Positions 1 through 10,001 are shown, counted from the stretch's first letter. The stretch is 35,510 nucleotides of DNA from Leidyana gryllorum EB-2025a (GCA_048772705.1 JBLWGC010000200.1:1-35510); one strand, 5' to 3'. A program made the numbers and translations. The notes: generated by a model from the sequence alone, not told the origin.

Positions 1-89
1 CGGCATGTTGTTAGCTCGCCGCTCCACGCGTTTGCTTGACATCTCAAATGGAGGGACTTTTGGGGTTGGAGGGCGGCGTGTTCAGAACG

Positions 90-161
90 TCCGAGATAGT
101 ATAGTAGTTAGTATTTCCGCCTGTCACGCGGAAGATCCGGGTTCGATTCCCGGTCTTGGAG
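90..161 (+). tRNA. tRNA-Asp(GTC)
   Basis: TCCGAGA...TCTTGGA-G acceptor stem, CT-GTC-AC loop, GTTCGATTC T-loop. Confidence 0.85.
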
Positions 162-275
162 CAGTTCCAGCCCCTCACAACTGCTGCAACTCAGATTTTG
201 TCTCAGCTGGTCTGGACTTCATCCGCGATCATACGACCTTGGAGAGACGTGGCATTTAGTCAACAACTATAAGAC

Positions 276-347
276 GGGCTCTTCTGGGAGTCGAACACAG
301 GCCTTCTTCCACCCGAAGGGAGAATCATACCACTAGACCAACCAGCC
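276..347 (-). pseudogene. tRNA-Pro(CGG), degenerate
   Basis: Homologous to 4640-4711 with stem mismatches. Confidence 0.7.
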
Positions 348-435
348 GCCTGTCGGTCGTGAAACCCGCTGAATACAGTCGAGAGAGTGGTCATACGATG
401 TTGAGAACAAAAAAATGCGATGGAGTCTGCACAAT

Positions 436-508
436 GGGCGACTAGCTCAAATGGTAGAGCGCTCGCTTAGCATGCGAGAGGTACTGGGATCGATGCCCAG
501 GTCGTCCA
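436..508 (+). tRNA. tRNA-Ala(AGC)
   Basis: Intact cloverleaf, TT-AGC-AT loop, eukaryotic GATCGAT T-loop. Confidence 0.92.
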
Positions 509-607
509 AACTTCGCAGTTTTCAACTGCCGGTATTTTTACGACCTTGGAAGGGTCCAAGAGCACAAGTGCCTGAGGGGGTCTAGAAGAGTACGGTGCCG
601 CAGAACC

Positions 608-680
608 CGGTCCTGGTAGGTTTCGAACCTGCGATTTTGTGGTTAACAGCCACACGCTCTGCCGACTGAGCTACCCGACC
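608..680 (-). tRNA. tRNA-Asn(GTT), some mismatches
   Basis: CT-GTT-AA loop, GTTCGAAAC; acceptor and T stems imperfect. Confidence 0.7.
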
Positions 681-805
681 CAGTGGGACATTCTTTCAGA
701 GGTTAGTAGAGAGATCCTTCATCTTCCACCGAGAAATTTCGAGCAGCCCTCTCAGGTCGTTATCGAGACCTGAGAGACCAGCCAGAAAAGCTTGAGCTGT
801 GAGCA

Positions 806-878
806 AGCCTTCTGCCGGAATCGAACTCGGCGACCTTTCGCTTACTAAGCGAATGCTCTGCCTCTAAGCTAAGAAGGC
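806..878 (-). tRNA. tRNA-Thr(AGT)
   Basis: GCCTTCT/AGAAGGC stem; 1-nt insertion in T stem. Confidence 0.75.
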
Positions 879-948
879 AATACAAGCCGAAGATCACGAA
901 TCAGATTTACTATTGACGGGGATTACTGGAGCACTTTGCTCGAGTAAC

Positions 949-1034
949 TTCCACTATTTTGGCCGGGGACTTGAACACCGGTATTCGTGCGGGTGAAAGC
1001 CGCATCATTCCTTAGCCACTTAGACTACAGTGGA
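949..1034 (-). pseudogene. tRNA-Glu(TTC), many indels
   Basis: Homologous to 14739-14811 but expanded by insertions. Confidence 0.65.
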
Positions 1035-1067
1035 CGAGCTTCCCGAGATGACCGAAGGCTTGTCTAT

Positions 1068-1141
1068 GGTGCGGTGGCCTAATGGATATGGCATCGGTCT
1101 TCGGAACCGGGTAGTTGTGGGTTCGAGTCCCATCCGCATCA
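1068..1141 (+). tRNA. tRNA-Arg(TCG)
   Basis: GGTGCGG/CCGCATC stem, CT-TCG-GA loop, GTTCGAGTC. Confidence 0.85.
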
Positions 1142-1378
1142 TAGCCTCGCACGCGGAAGACGTTCCGTTTCGACCGAGGCCAAGGCTTGCTAGCTGTATG
1201 GGGGCCACTTGGGCTGCGGATGTCGAGTTGAAGTGCTCGTGATTATAATTTTCCCTTCCACTTGGAGGAAGTGCTCAATTCGATTCTCCGAACAGTTTCC
1301 GTTTTTTAGTAGGGGTGCAGACAAGCTCGACGCAGAAATCGCCCAAGTCTCTCGGGGTGCTGCGGCTCTTTCGCAATT

Positions 1379-1449
1379 GCACTTGTGGTCTAAGGGTAAG
1401 ATGCGACCCTTCCAAGGTCGTAACCCGCGTTCGAGTCCCGGCAGGTGCA
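1379..1449 (+). tRNA. tRNA-Gly(TCC)
   Basis: CT-TCC-AA loop; one T-stem mismatch vs 11816 copy. Confidence 0.8.
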
Positions 1450-1519
1450 GGCGTATGTAGCTCGAACGACTGTCTATCAGTGAAGTGAGGGGACCGAGTG
1501 CCAATACAATACAACCGGC

Positions 1520-1599
1520 GGACAAGAGTCGGATTCGAACCCACGGCCTTTCGAACTCCAGCCGTAACACAGCGCCCTAGACCACTCGGCCATCTTGCC
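1520..1599 (-). pseudogene. tRNA-Leu(CAG)-derived, anticodon arm decayed
   Basis: Homologous to 4212-4291. Confidence 0.7.
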
Positions 1600-1693
1600 G
1601 CCGTGTTCTTGGCTCGCCACATTGCACGTTTTGTGTCCGTGAAGTCTCGAGAAGGAAGACTTTTGGGGTTGAAGTCCGCCGCGTTGACGAGCG

Positions 1694-1765
1694 TCCGAGA
1701 TGAAGTAGTGGTCAGTATTTCCGCCTGTCACGCGGAAGACTCGGATTCGATGCCCGGTTTCGGAG
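1694..1765 (+). pseudogene. tRNA-Asp(GTC), degenerate
   Basis: Anticodon arm intact, D and T arms mutated. Confidence 0.7.
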
Positions 1766-1820
1766 CACAGTTGATTCCGCTTAAGATTGTTTGTTTTGGT
1801 TGTCGCTGAAAGTTGCGAGC

Positions 1821-1893
1821 TTCAGCCACCGACGATCGAACTCGGGACCTTCTGCGTGGTAAGCAGACGTCGTGACCACTACACCATGTCTGC
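1821..1893 (-). pseudogene. tRNA-Val-derived (anticodon reads ACC)
   Basis: Homologous to 24540-24612 with several substitutions. Confidence 0.7.
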
Positions 1894-1956
1894 GGCGAAG
1901 GTCCCGCAGACCAAGAGAAGTGGTGAGGTTTCACCAAAAAGTGAGGACTAGTTTCG

Positions 1957-2028
1957 GGGTTGCGCCGGGAATCGAACCTAGGTCAGGAGATTTATAAGTC
2001 TCAGTGCTAACCACTACACCAAGTAACC
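1957..2028 (-). pseudogene. tRNA-Gln-derived, anticodon loop decayed
   Basis: Homologous to 24676-24747. Confidence 0.65.
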
Positions 2029-2314
2029 GATCAGTCCTTCCCAAAAAAAAAGGTTTGTAGAGCCGTCCGGACTAGCGCTCCCTCAACTGGACACATGCAA
2101 CACGCGTCTCTCTACTGACTTTTGAAAGATTGTAACTGGCTCTTGTATCTTGAGTCGGCAGAGTGTGTGATTGTAAAATGCAAACTCGGAAATCCGGGCT
2201 CTGAAGCAACCTTCACACATACTGCGGTGCCCAGGTCTGTCCAAGGGCTGCACAGCACAATTAAAAGCTCTCAACTCGGTAAATAAATAGCGGCAGGTGC
2301 AGCCGTACGAAGTT

Positions 2315-2387
2315 TGGACGACCTGGGCATCGATCCCAGTACCTCTCGCATGCTAAGCGAGCGCTCTACCATTTGAGCTAGTCGCCC
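2315..2387 (-). tRNA. tRNA-Ala(AGC)
   Basis: Appears identical to 436-508 (reverse complement). Confidence 0.92.
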
Positions 2388-2476
2388 GTTGTGCAGACCC
2401 CATCGCATGTGTTGGTTCTCAACATAGTATGACCACTCTCTCAACTGTACTCAGCGGTTTGCACCACCAAGCGGTC

Positions 2477-2548
2477 GACTGTTTGGTCTAGTGGTATGAT
2501 TCTTCCTTAGGGTGGAAGGAGTCCTGGGTTCGATTCCCAGAACAGCCC
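2477..2548 (+). tRNA. tRNA-Pro(AGG)
   Basis: TT-AGG-GT loop, GTTCGATTC; one acceptor mismatch. Confidence 0.82.
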
Positions 2549-2662
2549 GTCCGATAGTTGTTGACGCAGCAAGGCACTCGACCCATCCCGAGACAATGTC
2601 CCTGACAGCTAAGACAGGATCTGAGTTGTTGACTGAACAGGCTACAACCCGACCATTCGCCC

Positions 2663-2735
2663 AGACCCTACTGAGACTCGAACCCAAAATCCCCGGTTCC
2701 GTAGACCGATGCCATATCCATTAGGCCATAGCGCC
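2663..2735 (-). tRNA. tRNA-Arg(ACG)
   Basis: CT-ACG-GA loop; homolog of 18655-18727 with a few mismatches. Confidence 0.75.
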
Positions 2736-3199
2736 GACTAACGGAGCCGTCAAATGGAAGTGTGTAGCGATCCAGAGAGGACATGGGCAGCTACGCCCGA
2801 TCGTGGGTTTGGACAAGCTTCACCTACATGTCCCATTCGAGACATCGGTGGACATACTATCCAAGCCAGGATTCGGGCCTGGGTATGCACGGCCACAACT
2901 TGCTGTTGTAAGCACTAGACGACCCGGACGATCTTCAAGTGAGGCTGGTATGTAGGCGTGACCAAGTGAGTGGATCTCTGATACAAATTCGGACTTAGTA
3001 ACCAATTCCATTTGTATTGATCGTGGAATCCTGTGCCTTCCTCGGGTACGGGGCGAGCTTCCTTGCCGCCCCAACTCCGTCGGTAGAGCGCAAGACTTTT
3101 TGAAGGGAGAACCGCGCGTTCGGGCGGCGCGAGCAGTCCTAGTAAAGCTCGCTGAATCGTATGTGAAGCCACTGGCCGCAAAATGCCACGTTCGAGGGC

Positions 3200-3281
3200 G
3201 GCAACTTGCCCGAGTGGTTAAGGGGGTAGACTAGAAATCTACTGGGCCTGGCCCGCGCTGGTTCACATCCAGCAGTTGTCG
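3200..3281 (+). tRNA. tRNA-Ser(AGA)
   Basis: Long variable arm, CT-AGA-AA loop; T-loop variant TTCACAT. Confidence 0.8.
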
Positions 3282-3400
3282 TGTGCTGCGATCATCGGAG
3301 TAGGCGGCTGGGCTCAAAACACCAGCAGTACATGCTAAGGATTGCAGTGGCGACGCAGAGGCATCAAGTAAGTGAATCGGTGCCATCTGTGGTCGGAGGC

Positions 3401-3474
3401 GGTCGCGTAGCTCAGTCGGTTAGAGCGTGAGCCTAATAAGCTCAAGGTCCCCGGTTCGAGCCCGGGCGTGACCA
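3401..3474 (+). tRNA. tRNA-Ile(AAT)
   Basis: GGTCGCG/CGTGACC stem, CT-AAT-AA loop. Confidence 0.9.
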
Positions 3475-3571
3475 AGGGAGTGGATCTGTGATACAGAGTT
3501 GCCCTCGACCCGAAGAAGCCAGAACATTCTACGACGAATACGGATGGAATCTGTTACTAAGTTCGACAGTT

Positions 3572-3654
3572 GCCAACTTGCCCGAGTGGGGAAGGGGAGA
3601 AGATTTGATCTCTACAGGGCCTTGGCCGGGCTGGCGCAGATCCAGCAATTGTCG
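3572..3654 (+). pseudogene. tRNA-Ser pseudogene
   Basis: Decayed copy of 3200/11281. Confidence 0.65.
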
Positions 3655-3730
3655 TGCGATGTGATCGGAGGGGTCAGACACCAACTCAAGCGTGAATCCC
3701 TGGAATGGTGGGAAAACGAACTGTGTCTTC

Positions 3731-3801
3731 TGCATCTGCCGGGAATCGAACCCGGGTCGCCTCGATGGAAACGAGACATTCTACCACTAGACCACAGATG
3801 C
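3731..3801 (-). tRNA. tRNA-Gly (GCC-type body, anticodon TCC)
   Basis: Body matches 11427-11497; loop TT-TCC-AT. Confidence 0.8.
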
Positions 3802-3920
3802 ATAATATCTTGTTGAGCTAGTCGCCCGCTGTGCAGACCTCATAGCATTCCGTGGTTTTCGCCCTCATCAGATACCTGTTTCCAGAGACACACGCCCCGT
3901 TCACAGTCCGAAAGCTCCGC

Positions 3921-3993
3921 ACAGCCATGGTCTAGTGGTTACGACGTCTGCTTCACACGCAGAAGGTCCCGAGTTCGATCCTCGGTGGCTGTA
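3921..3993 (+). tRNA. tRNA-Val(CAC)
   Basis: TT-CAC-AC loop, intact stems. Confidence 0.88.
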
Positions 3994-4046
3994 GCTCGCA
4001 ACTTTACCTGAGCACCACGAAATCTGAAGCGGAAAAACGAACTGTG

Positions 4047-4117
4047 CTCCGAGACCGGGAATCGACCCTGGTCTTCCGCGTGATAGGCGGAAATCCTAAC
4101 CGCTATACTATCTCGGA
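4047..4117 (-). pseudogene. tRNA-Asp-derived (anticodon ATC, T-loop damaged)
   Basis: Homologous to 90-161. Confidence 0.7.
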
Positions 4118-4211
4118 CGCTCTGGATACGTCGGCCTCCAACCCCAGAAGTTCTTCCATTTTGAGATTCCACGGATAGAAAACGCGTGGGGCGGCGAGCC
4201 AACAACATTTC

Positions 4212-4291
4212 GGCAAGATGGCCGAGTGGTCCAAGGCGCTGTGTTCAGGCCGCAGTCCGAAAGGGCGTGGGTTCGAATCCCACTCTTGTCA
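4212..4291 (+). tRNA. tRNA-Leu(CAG)
   Basis: Intact, TT-CAG-GC loop, variable arm, GTTCGAATC. Confidence 0.92.
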
Positions 4292-4423
4292 GCCGTTGTA
4301 GTCAGGACAACCTGCGACTTCATCCCAGCACGCCCCCACGATGCGCGCGGAACAGCCCGCCGTGCACGTGGCACGCGGCTAACTTTTGTCGATACAACTG
4401 CCACATGATTCTCCTGCTGAGTT

Positions 4424-4495
4424 GCCTTCTTAGCTTAGGGGCAGAGCGTTCGCTTCGTAAGCGAGAAGTCGCCGGTTCGATTCCGGCAGAAGGCT
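4424..4495 (+). tRNA. tRNA-Thr(CGT)
   Basis: Intact, TT-CGT-AA loop. Confidence 0.9.
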
Positions 4496-4639
4496 CGACT
4501 GCATCGACTAGGCACCTGCAAGCTTATCGCAAACTCCGATCATCGTTGCTGAGCCTCGTAGCTCAGCCAGCAGAGCGTAAGTCTCTCAGCCACAGTGTCG
4601 CAGGTTTGGAACCTGCCAGTACCTGAGGCACCCACTGGG

Positions 4640-4711
4640 GGCTGTTTGGTCTAGTGGTATGATTCTTCCTTCGGGTGGAAGAAGTCCTGGGTTCGATTCC
4701 CAGAACAGCCC
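4640..4711 (+). tRNA. tRNA-Pro(CGG)
   Basis: Intact, TT-CGG-GT loop. Confidence 0.9.
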
Positions 4712-4787
4712 GCTTTGTTGTATCTTGACCCAGCCTGCCTGGCAGCATGGTTCTGGGTTCGGGTGATTCCTCGGAGAAAGTCGGAGG

Positions 4788-4860
4788 GGGAGTGTAGCGC
4801 AGTCGGTAGCGCGTAGGTCTCATAATCCTGAAGTCGAGAGTTCAATCCTCTCCACTCCCA
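4788..4860 (+). tRNA. tRNA-Met(CAT), elongator type
   Basis: GGGAGTG/CACTCCC stem, CT-CAT-AA loop, GTTCAATCC. Confidence 0.88.
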
Positions 4861-4902
4861 CGGTCGGCATCGAAACCGCCGACAAATTCATCATGCTATC
4901 AT

Positions 4903-5208
4903 TGATGCGTCATTTTGAACCTGATCTGCGTTCTTTCAGTTAAGCCCCAGAGTCAATAACGGCCTATGGCCTTTAAGCTAAGCTAGATCTACATACCGGC
5001 CTGGTGAAGGGAGACGCGAACACAACACACACGTTTTTATTGTTTATTTTTCATTACGTTCCAATACAACCAATTCAATTACGAGCACTTACCAGACCAA
5101 AACCCAATTTCAGGATACCCAGATTAGCCGTCAGTATAGATCATGGACCCAATGCATCCAACTAGGGACGGAACCAGCGATTCGGCGGACGTTCCGCCTA
5201 TCAAACCA
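4903..5208 (+). repeat. E1 5' LTR
   Basis: Matches 9624-9929; one substitution seen (C5190 vs G9911). Confidence 0.96.
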
Positions 5209-6837
5209 TTTGGGGGCTGTTCTGGGAACGACCGTATGCTTCAGTTAGTGGCGGTCGGGACCATTCCAAGCCGGTTCCCTCCTGTACCTGATACGGCTAT
5301 CACATTGCGTGCAGAAGAAGATTGGGCCAAAGCCATGCGCCGATTGGACTTCCCAAGCTTTCAACCCAAGAACGAAAGCGAATTCGAAGACCGGGTCGAC
5401 CGAGTGGCCAGGGTGATCATGGCGGCCCCCATTTCACTGAATTTATTTCGCGAAAAATGGCTGACAGTAACGGAAGAGAGCATGTGGCAATCGAGTATTT
5501 TAGACACCATGACAGCTAGTGACTATGAAGACCTGGTCACGCAGGTGGCGAAATCTAGATACAATGGACGCAACTACCTGATGCAGTTAGAGAAAGAGCT
5601 ATATCAGAGTAGCGAGAAGCCCACTGTGGGAAGCGCCTTCCAGCACGTGCTCGTTCATGCAACACGGGCGGTGAGAGCAGCTAAACGCAGGGGTTATGAA
5701 GGAGTGGATCTGTGTCTAGGAGAACGAAGGATAGTCGATGCCTTCCGGTGTGCTCTACCCCGGCCAATTGCTGTCAAGCTGATGAGTAGTACGGAACTGA
5801 AACTAGCGAACCACTTAGTGCAGACTGCCTTGATGGCGGAGAGTCTTAGCGAGGAAATGCTGCCATACCCAGTGCACGCCTATATGGCTGACGTGAACAA
5901 TCGAGACCCTGCAAGCGGCAGGAAGGCAGCGGAGAACATTCCCCCTGCGAGGAAGCCGGGTCAGTGTCATGGGTGCCTTGGAATCCACTTCCGGAAGGAC
6001 TGCCCTTATTTAACGGCGACCTGTACGAGGTGTGGACGGAAGGGTCATGCGGGAGAGGCTTGTCGAAGCCGATTTACTACTGATTGCTTAGGTGGAAAGC
6101 AGATTGAAATTCAAGAGAAGTGGCGTGGCGGCGCTAAAATAAATGTCGAAGGAGATGGAACAAAAGTCCAAAGTTTAGAGAAAGCCCAGCGACTGATAGC
6201 CCGGAACCTCCCACCCGGCAAGAGGTCAGTGCCAGAGGTCGTGGGCGCCGAAGTCCCAGGTGGTAGCGACGACGTGGCCGAGGTGCATTGTCCCCAGCTA
6301 GCAGAGGAGATAGAGTCAGATGAGGACTATCTGGGTAGGTGCGAAGCTCGCAGGACCTATTATAGTACGGCGCTACAGAGTCGCTCGACATTCTATGTCA
6401 AAGGGGTTACGGAGAGAGGAACGATCCGTCTGCTCATGGATACAGGAGCAGTTAGATCCATGTGTGGTTTGCAAGTGGCTAGGATGTTGGACCTGAAAGA
6501 CACCGGAAGGCAGTGGAGCTTTGTAGGACTGGGAAAGCGAGTAGCTAGGCAGCAAGAGCCGGTTAGAGTGCAGATTGGAACGAAGGACATTGAAGTGGAA
6601 TTCTACGTAGTACAAGAGGAGGTATTCCCGGCTCTGTTGGGATATGTGGAGTTAAAGAAGCTGAAGGCGATGATTGACACCGTCAATTTTCAGGTGCGAG
6701 ATGCGGAGACGATGGAGGTGATTGTCGAGGAGGACAAGGAGTGCGAAGGGGTGCTAGCCGCCCGGGAGATTCCTGAACTGGTGAATGAAGAAGAGTTGAA
6801 GATGAGATTAGCACAGCTCAGTGGGCACCTAGAATAG
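5143..6837 (+). CDS. gag: E1 Gag (two zinc knuckles) - aspartic protease
   Basis: CHGCLGIHFRKDC and CTRCGRKGHAGEAC; LLMDTGA; ends at a TAG in frame with the RT ORF. Confidence 0.9.
   Translation: MDPMHPTRDGTSDSADVPPIKPFGGCSGNDRMLQLVAVGTIPSRFPPVPDTAITLRAEEDWAKAMRRLDFPSFQPKNESEFEDRVDRVARVIMAAPISLNLFREKWLTVTEESMWQSSILDTMTASDYEDLVTQVAKSRYNGRNYLMQLEKELYQSSEKPTVGSAFQHVLVHATRAVRAAKRRGYEGVDLCLGERRIVDAFRCALPRPIAVKLMSSTELKLANHLVQTALMAESLSEEMLPYPVHAYMADVNNRDPASGRKAAENIPPARKPGQCHGCLGIHFRKDCPYLTATCTRCGRKGHAGEACRSRFTTDCLGGKQIEIQEKWRGGAKINVEGDGTKVQSLEKAQRLIARNLPPGKRSVPEVVGAEVPGGSDDVAEVHCPQLAEEIESDEDYLGRCEARRTYYSTALQSRSTFYVKGVTERGTIRLLMDTGAVRSMCGLQVARMLDLKDTGRQWSFVGLGKRVARQQEPVRVQIGTKDIEVEFYVVQEEVFPALLGYVELKKLKAMIDTVNFQVRDAETMEVIVEEDKECEGVLAAREIPELVNEEELKMRLAQLSGHLE
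5211..5228 (+). promoter_or_regulatory. E1 primer-binding site, tRNA-Pro
   Basis: TGGGGGCTGTTCTGGGAA is the exact complement of the tRNA-Pro 3' end (4640-4711) plus CCA. Confidence 0.93.
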
Positions 6838-6867
6838 CCGAGAAGGGAGCAGCTAGAGAACCTACTG

Positions 6868-7653
6868 TTGAAGTTCATGGATTGTTGGGCAACTCCTCGC
6901 TTAGGAGGCATTAAGGGACAGGCCGCTACGTTGGAAGTTAGTGGCAGGCCGGTGAAGGTCCCCATTCGCCGACTGGCACCGGAGCTGAAGGAAATATTGG
7001 AACAGGAGGTGACGAGGCTACTGAAGGAAGGAGCAATACGGCCGAGCAAGTCCCCGTGGGGCAGCGCTCCTGTGTTTGTCAAGAAGAAAGATGGGAAGTG
7101 GCGAATGTGCATCGACTACCGCCCGTTGAATAAAGTTACGAAGGCGGACGCCTATCCGTTGCCTCTAATATGGGAACAGCTGCAGTCTGTCGCCGGAAAG
7201 AATCACTCCACCAGTATGGATTGTCACTCAGGATTTTGGCAGCTCCCGCTAGACGAGGCCAGCAAGGAATTCACTGCGTTTGTGACTCACATGGGAACCT
7301 TTGAATTCAACGTATTGCCATTTGGAATGAGGAATAGTGCATCGGAATATCAGAGAGTCATGGATCAGACCTTTGGGGATCTATACCTGAAGGGAGTCGT
7401 ATGTTATGTTGACGATATTGTCATAAGCGCTAATGAACTGCAGGAACATGACGAATTGCTGGAAGAGGTACTACGCAGAGCTGTGAGAGCAGGGATCTCG
7501 TTCAGATTAGAAAAGACCGAGTTAGACAAGGAGAGGATATTTGTACTAGGGCATAGTGTGGGTCGCGAAGGGATAGCGCCCTCCCCTGACAAAGTTCAAG
7601 GGATCATGCAGGCAGGCCCCCTCGGGATAAGGCAGTGCTCAGGTCATTCCTAG
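6868..7653 (+). CDS. pol: E1 reverse transcriptase (segment of interrupted pol)
   Basis: SPWGSAP, WRMCIDYR, LPFG, YVDD. Confidence 0.93.
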   Translation: MKFMDCWATPRLGGIKGQAATLEVSGRPVKVPIRRLAPELKEILEQEVTRLLKEGAIRPSKSPWGSAPVFVKKKDGKWRMCIDYRPLNKVTKADAYPLPLIWEQLQSVAGKNHSTSMDCHSGFWQLPLDEASKEFTAFVTHMGTFEFNVLPFGMRNSASEYQRVMDQTFGDLYLKGVVCYVDDIVISANELQEHDELLEEVLRRAVRAGISFRLEKTELDKERIFVLGHSVGREGIAPSPDKVQGIMQAGPLGIRQCSGHS

Positions 7654-9626
7654 GGGCGGTGAGTTATTTGCGACGGTTCATCCCAAATTTGGCGTCAATT
7701 GTGGAACCGCTAACTAGGTTGATGAAGAAGAATGCGGCGTGGGCATGGGAACAGGAGCAGGAGTTAGCGTTCAGGATGCTACAACAGGAGCTAGCAGAAA
7801 CAGTGATATTACAGGCACCAAAGGGCAAGGGAAGTTTTAGAATGATGACAGATGCATCGGACAAGGGCATTGGGGCAGTGCTATTTCAGGAACAGTCAGG
7901 CGAGTGGGTGCCCTTGGAGTTCGCGAGCCGAACCTTGAGCGAGAGGGAGAGAAGATGGGACACGAGAGAGAGAGAGGCGTTCGCGATTAAATGGGCTGTG
8001 GACCATTTCCGCGACTATATCAGGTGTGGGAGGACAGTGGTAGAGACAGACCGTGAGAGTTTGCGGTGGATGGCGAACGCACAGTCAGGGAAAGTTCAAC
8101 GGTGGTCTATGTTTCTGCAGCAATTCGATTTAGAGATTAGGCATGTGTCAGGGGAGTCCAATTCCATTGCAGACTGGCTGTCCCGGACAGCCGATGTGGA
8201 GACCGTAGACGAAGAGATTGAGACTATTGCAATCCCGGTGTTGATGGCTCAGGCGGGTATCTATCCCCCACGCATCCCTACCATTGCAGAACTGACGAAG
8301 TCTTACACTACCATGACGGATGAAGAGAGAGCAGAGTGTTACAAAACTAAAGAGGATTACTACATAGCCAAACGAACCAACACTCTCTACATTCCAGCAG
8401 TTTTGAGAGAGGGAGTGATGTTTTGGTTTCACTCATCAAAATTTGGTGGCCATTTAGGTGTGACACGCACACTGCGCAGAATGAGAAAGTGGGTTTATTG
8501 GAAAGGAATGGCCCAGGATGTAGCGAGGTATGTGGGACAGTGCCTCATATGCGCTAGGAAGGCCCCCTTAGCATCAAACCGCTCATGGAGGGGTACCTTA
8601 CAGCGCCCCCGACCGATGGAGTTAGTCAGCGTAGACTTCGTGGGGCCACGGAAATGGGGTGGACAGATAGTGCACTACTTAGTCGTGATTGACCACCACA
8701 CTAGGTTCATGATGACCCTCCCCACAAGGAAGAACCCGGATGCGAAGACCGCTGCGATGGGGCTGCAGAGATGGGTGGGAGTATTCGGTGCTCCTACCGT
8801 GGTGTTGACTGACAATGGGAGCCATTTTCAGGCAGAATTCAAGGAATATGTCCTTAGGACTCTCACATCTTACCACGCACGTTCTAGCCCTTACTACCCG
8901 CAGGGGAACGGCCTGAACGAAGCTAGTCACAAGGGAATCGAGGCCTATTTAGAGTGCACAGAAGGCGATGCCGCCTTCACCTTCGAGGAAGCGTTAGCTG
9001 CAGCGACTCAGGTACATAACGCTACACCACACTTCGGAGTTGGAGAAAGCCCATTCTATGCTTTAATGGGATTCGACATGGTTTTGCCAGGCTTGCAGAT
9101 GTGGAGATTAGACACTGCTGAATCTAGCCGAGCAGCGAAGTTAGCAGGTGCGACGCTTAGGATGGTGGAAGCGGGAATTCGAGATGCAGATAGGAGGGAG
9201 TTGGGAGAACATGAGTTCAAGGTGGGAGACCTAGTGATTACGCAGCTACCGGAGGTGAAACGTGGGGCTGGTTATGATCGGACAGGAATAGGAAGGGCAT
9301 ATACTAGCAATTGGAGCTTGCCAGCTAGAGTCCAGAAAGTGAAACAAGGCCAGTTAGAAGTCTATTATTATGGAACCAAGGATGTGGCCCTGGTGCCGGT
9401 GCGGCTGTGCAGAAAACTGGGGAAGGAAGTGCCAGCTAGTCTGTCTGAAGAGACTATTCGAATGTTAGAGAGGGAGTTACCTCATTACCCTAGGCGAAAG
9501 GGATATGAACTGCTGCCGACGTTAAGTTGGAAGGCCATTCTAGGCGACACGGAGGCGGTGAATGCCATGGGACCAATACCCGTGAAGAGGAGGAAGCAAG
9601 ACTCTGTGGCTGGAGGGGGTGGCTGA
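7635..9626 (+). CDS. pol: E1 RT connection - RNase H - integrase (after frameshift)
   Basis: LRSFLG, TDAS, IADWLSR, H..HLG..CLIC, VDFVGP, TDNG, PQGNGLNE; no chromodomain seen. Confidence 0.93.
   Translation: MLRSFLGAVSYLRRFIPNLASIVEPLTRLMKKNAAWAWEQEQELAFRMLQQELAETVILQAPKGKGSFRMMTDASDKGIGAVLFQEQSGEWVPLEFASRTLSERERRWDTREREAFAIKWAVDHFRDYIRCGRTVVETDRESLRWMANAQSGKVQRWSMFLQQFDLEIRHVSGESNSIADWLSRTADVETVDEEIETIAIPVLMAQAGIYPPRIPTIAELTKSYTTMTDEERAECYKTKEDYYIAKRTNTLYIPAVLREGVMFWFHSSKFGGHLGVTRTLRRMRKWVYWKGMAQDVARYVGQCLICARKAPLASNRSWRGTLQRPRPMELVSVDFVGPRKWGGQIVHYLVVIDHHTRFMMTLPTRKNPDAKTAAMGLQRWVGVFGAPTVVLTDNGSHFQAEFKEYVLRTLTSYHARSSPYYPQGNGLNEASHKGIEAYLECTEGDAAFTFEEALAAATQVHNATPHFGVGESPFYALMGFDMVLPGLQMWRLDTAESSRAAKLAGATLRMVEAGIRDADRRELGEHEFKVGDLVITQLPEVKRGAGYDRTGIGRAYTSNWSLPARVQKVKQGQLEVYYYGTKDVALVPVRLCRKLGKEVPASLSEETIRMLERELPHYPRRKGYELLPTLSWKAILGDTEAVNAMGPIPVKRRKQDSVAGGGG
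9612..9623 (+). promoter_or_regulatory. E1 polypurine tract
   Basis: GGAGGGGGTGGC directly before the 3' LTR. Confidence 0.8.
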
Positions 9627-9929
9627 TGCGTCATTTTGAACCTGATCTGCGTTCTTTCAGTTAAGCCCCAGAGTCAATAACGGCCTATGGCCTTTAAGCT
9701 AAGCTAGATCTACATACCGGCCTGGTGAAGGGAGACGCGAACACAACACACACGTTTTTATTGTTTATTTTTCATTACGTTCCAATACAACCAATTCAAT
9801 TACGAGCACTTACCAGACCAAAACCCAATTTCAGGATACCCAGATTAGCCGTCAGTATAGATCATGGACCCAATGCATCCAACTAGGGACGGAACCAGCG
9901 ATTCGGCGGAGGTTCCGCCTATCAAACCA
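9624..9929 (+). repeat. E1 3' LTR
   Basis: Direct repeat of 4903-5208. Confidence 0.96.
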
Positions 9930-9936
9930 ATCATTT

Positions 9937-10001
9937 TGCATCTGTCGGGAATCGGGTTATCTCGGTGCCAGCGAGAGAGTTTTCCATTGGACCACAGATG
10001 C
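9937..10001 (-). pseudogene. tRNA-Gly remnant
   Basis: GCATCTG acceptor ends kept, interior decayed. Confidence 0.55.

Larger units (their letters stand above)
4903..9929 (+). mobile_element. Full-length Ty3/gypsy LTR retrotransposon (element E1)
   Basis: 306-bp TG..CA LTRs; ATCAT TSD (4898-4902, 9930-9934); PBS; PPT; Gag-PR-RT-RH-IN order. Confidence 0.97.

Noticed and set aside
1957-2028. Gln-derived ochre suppressor implying an alternative genetic code
   Set aside because: The loop is 8 nt and damaged, and TAA appears to serve as a normal stop at the ends of E2 and E4 pol
5-4845. Many 60-170 aa ORFs across the tRNA field (also 9845-19964 and 23476-24824)
   Set aside because: They are translations of tRNA genes and spacers, recur wherever the tRNA recurs, and show no protein motifs
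4860-4903. Ty3-like targeted integration at tRNA genes
   Set aside because: E1 sits between two tRNA 3' ends, not at a transcription start, and at this tRNA density any insertion is near one; needs a genome-wide test
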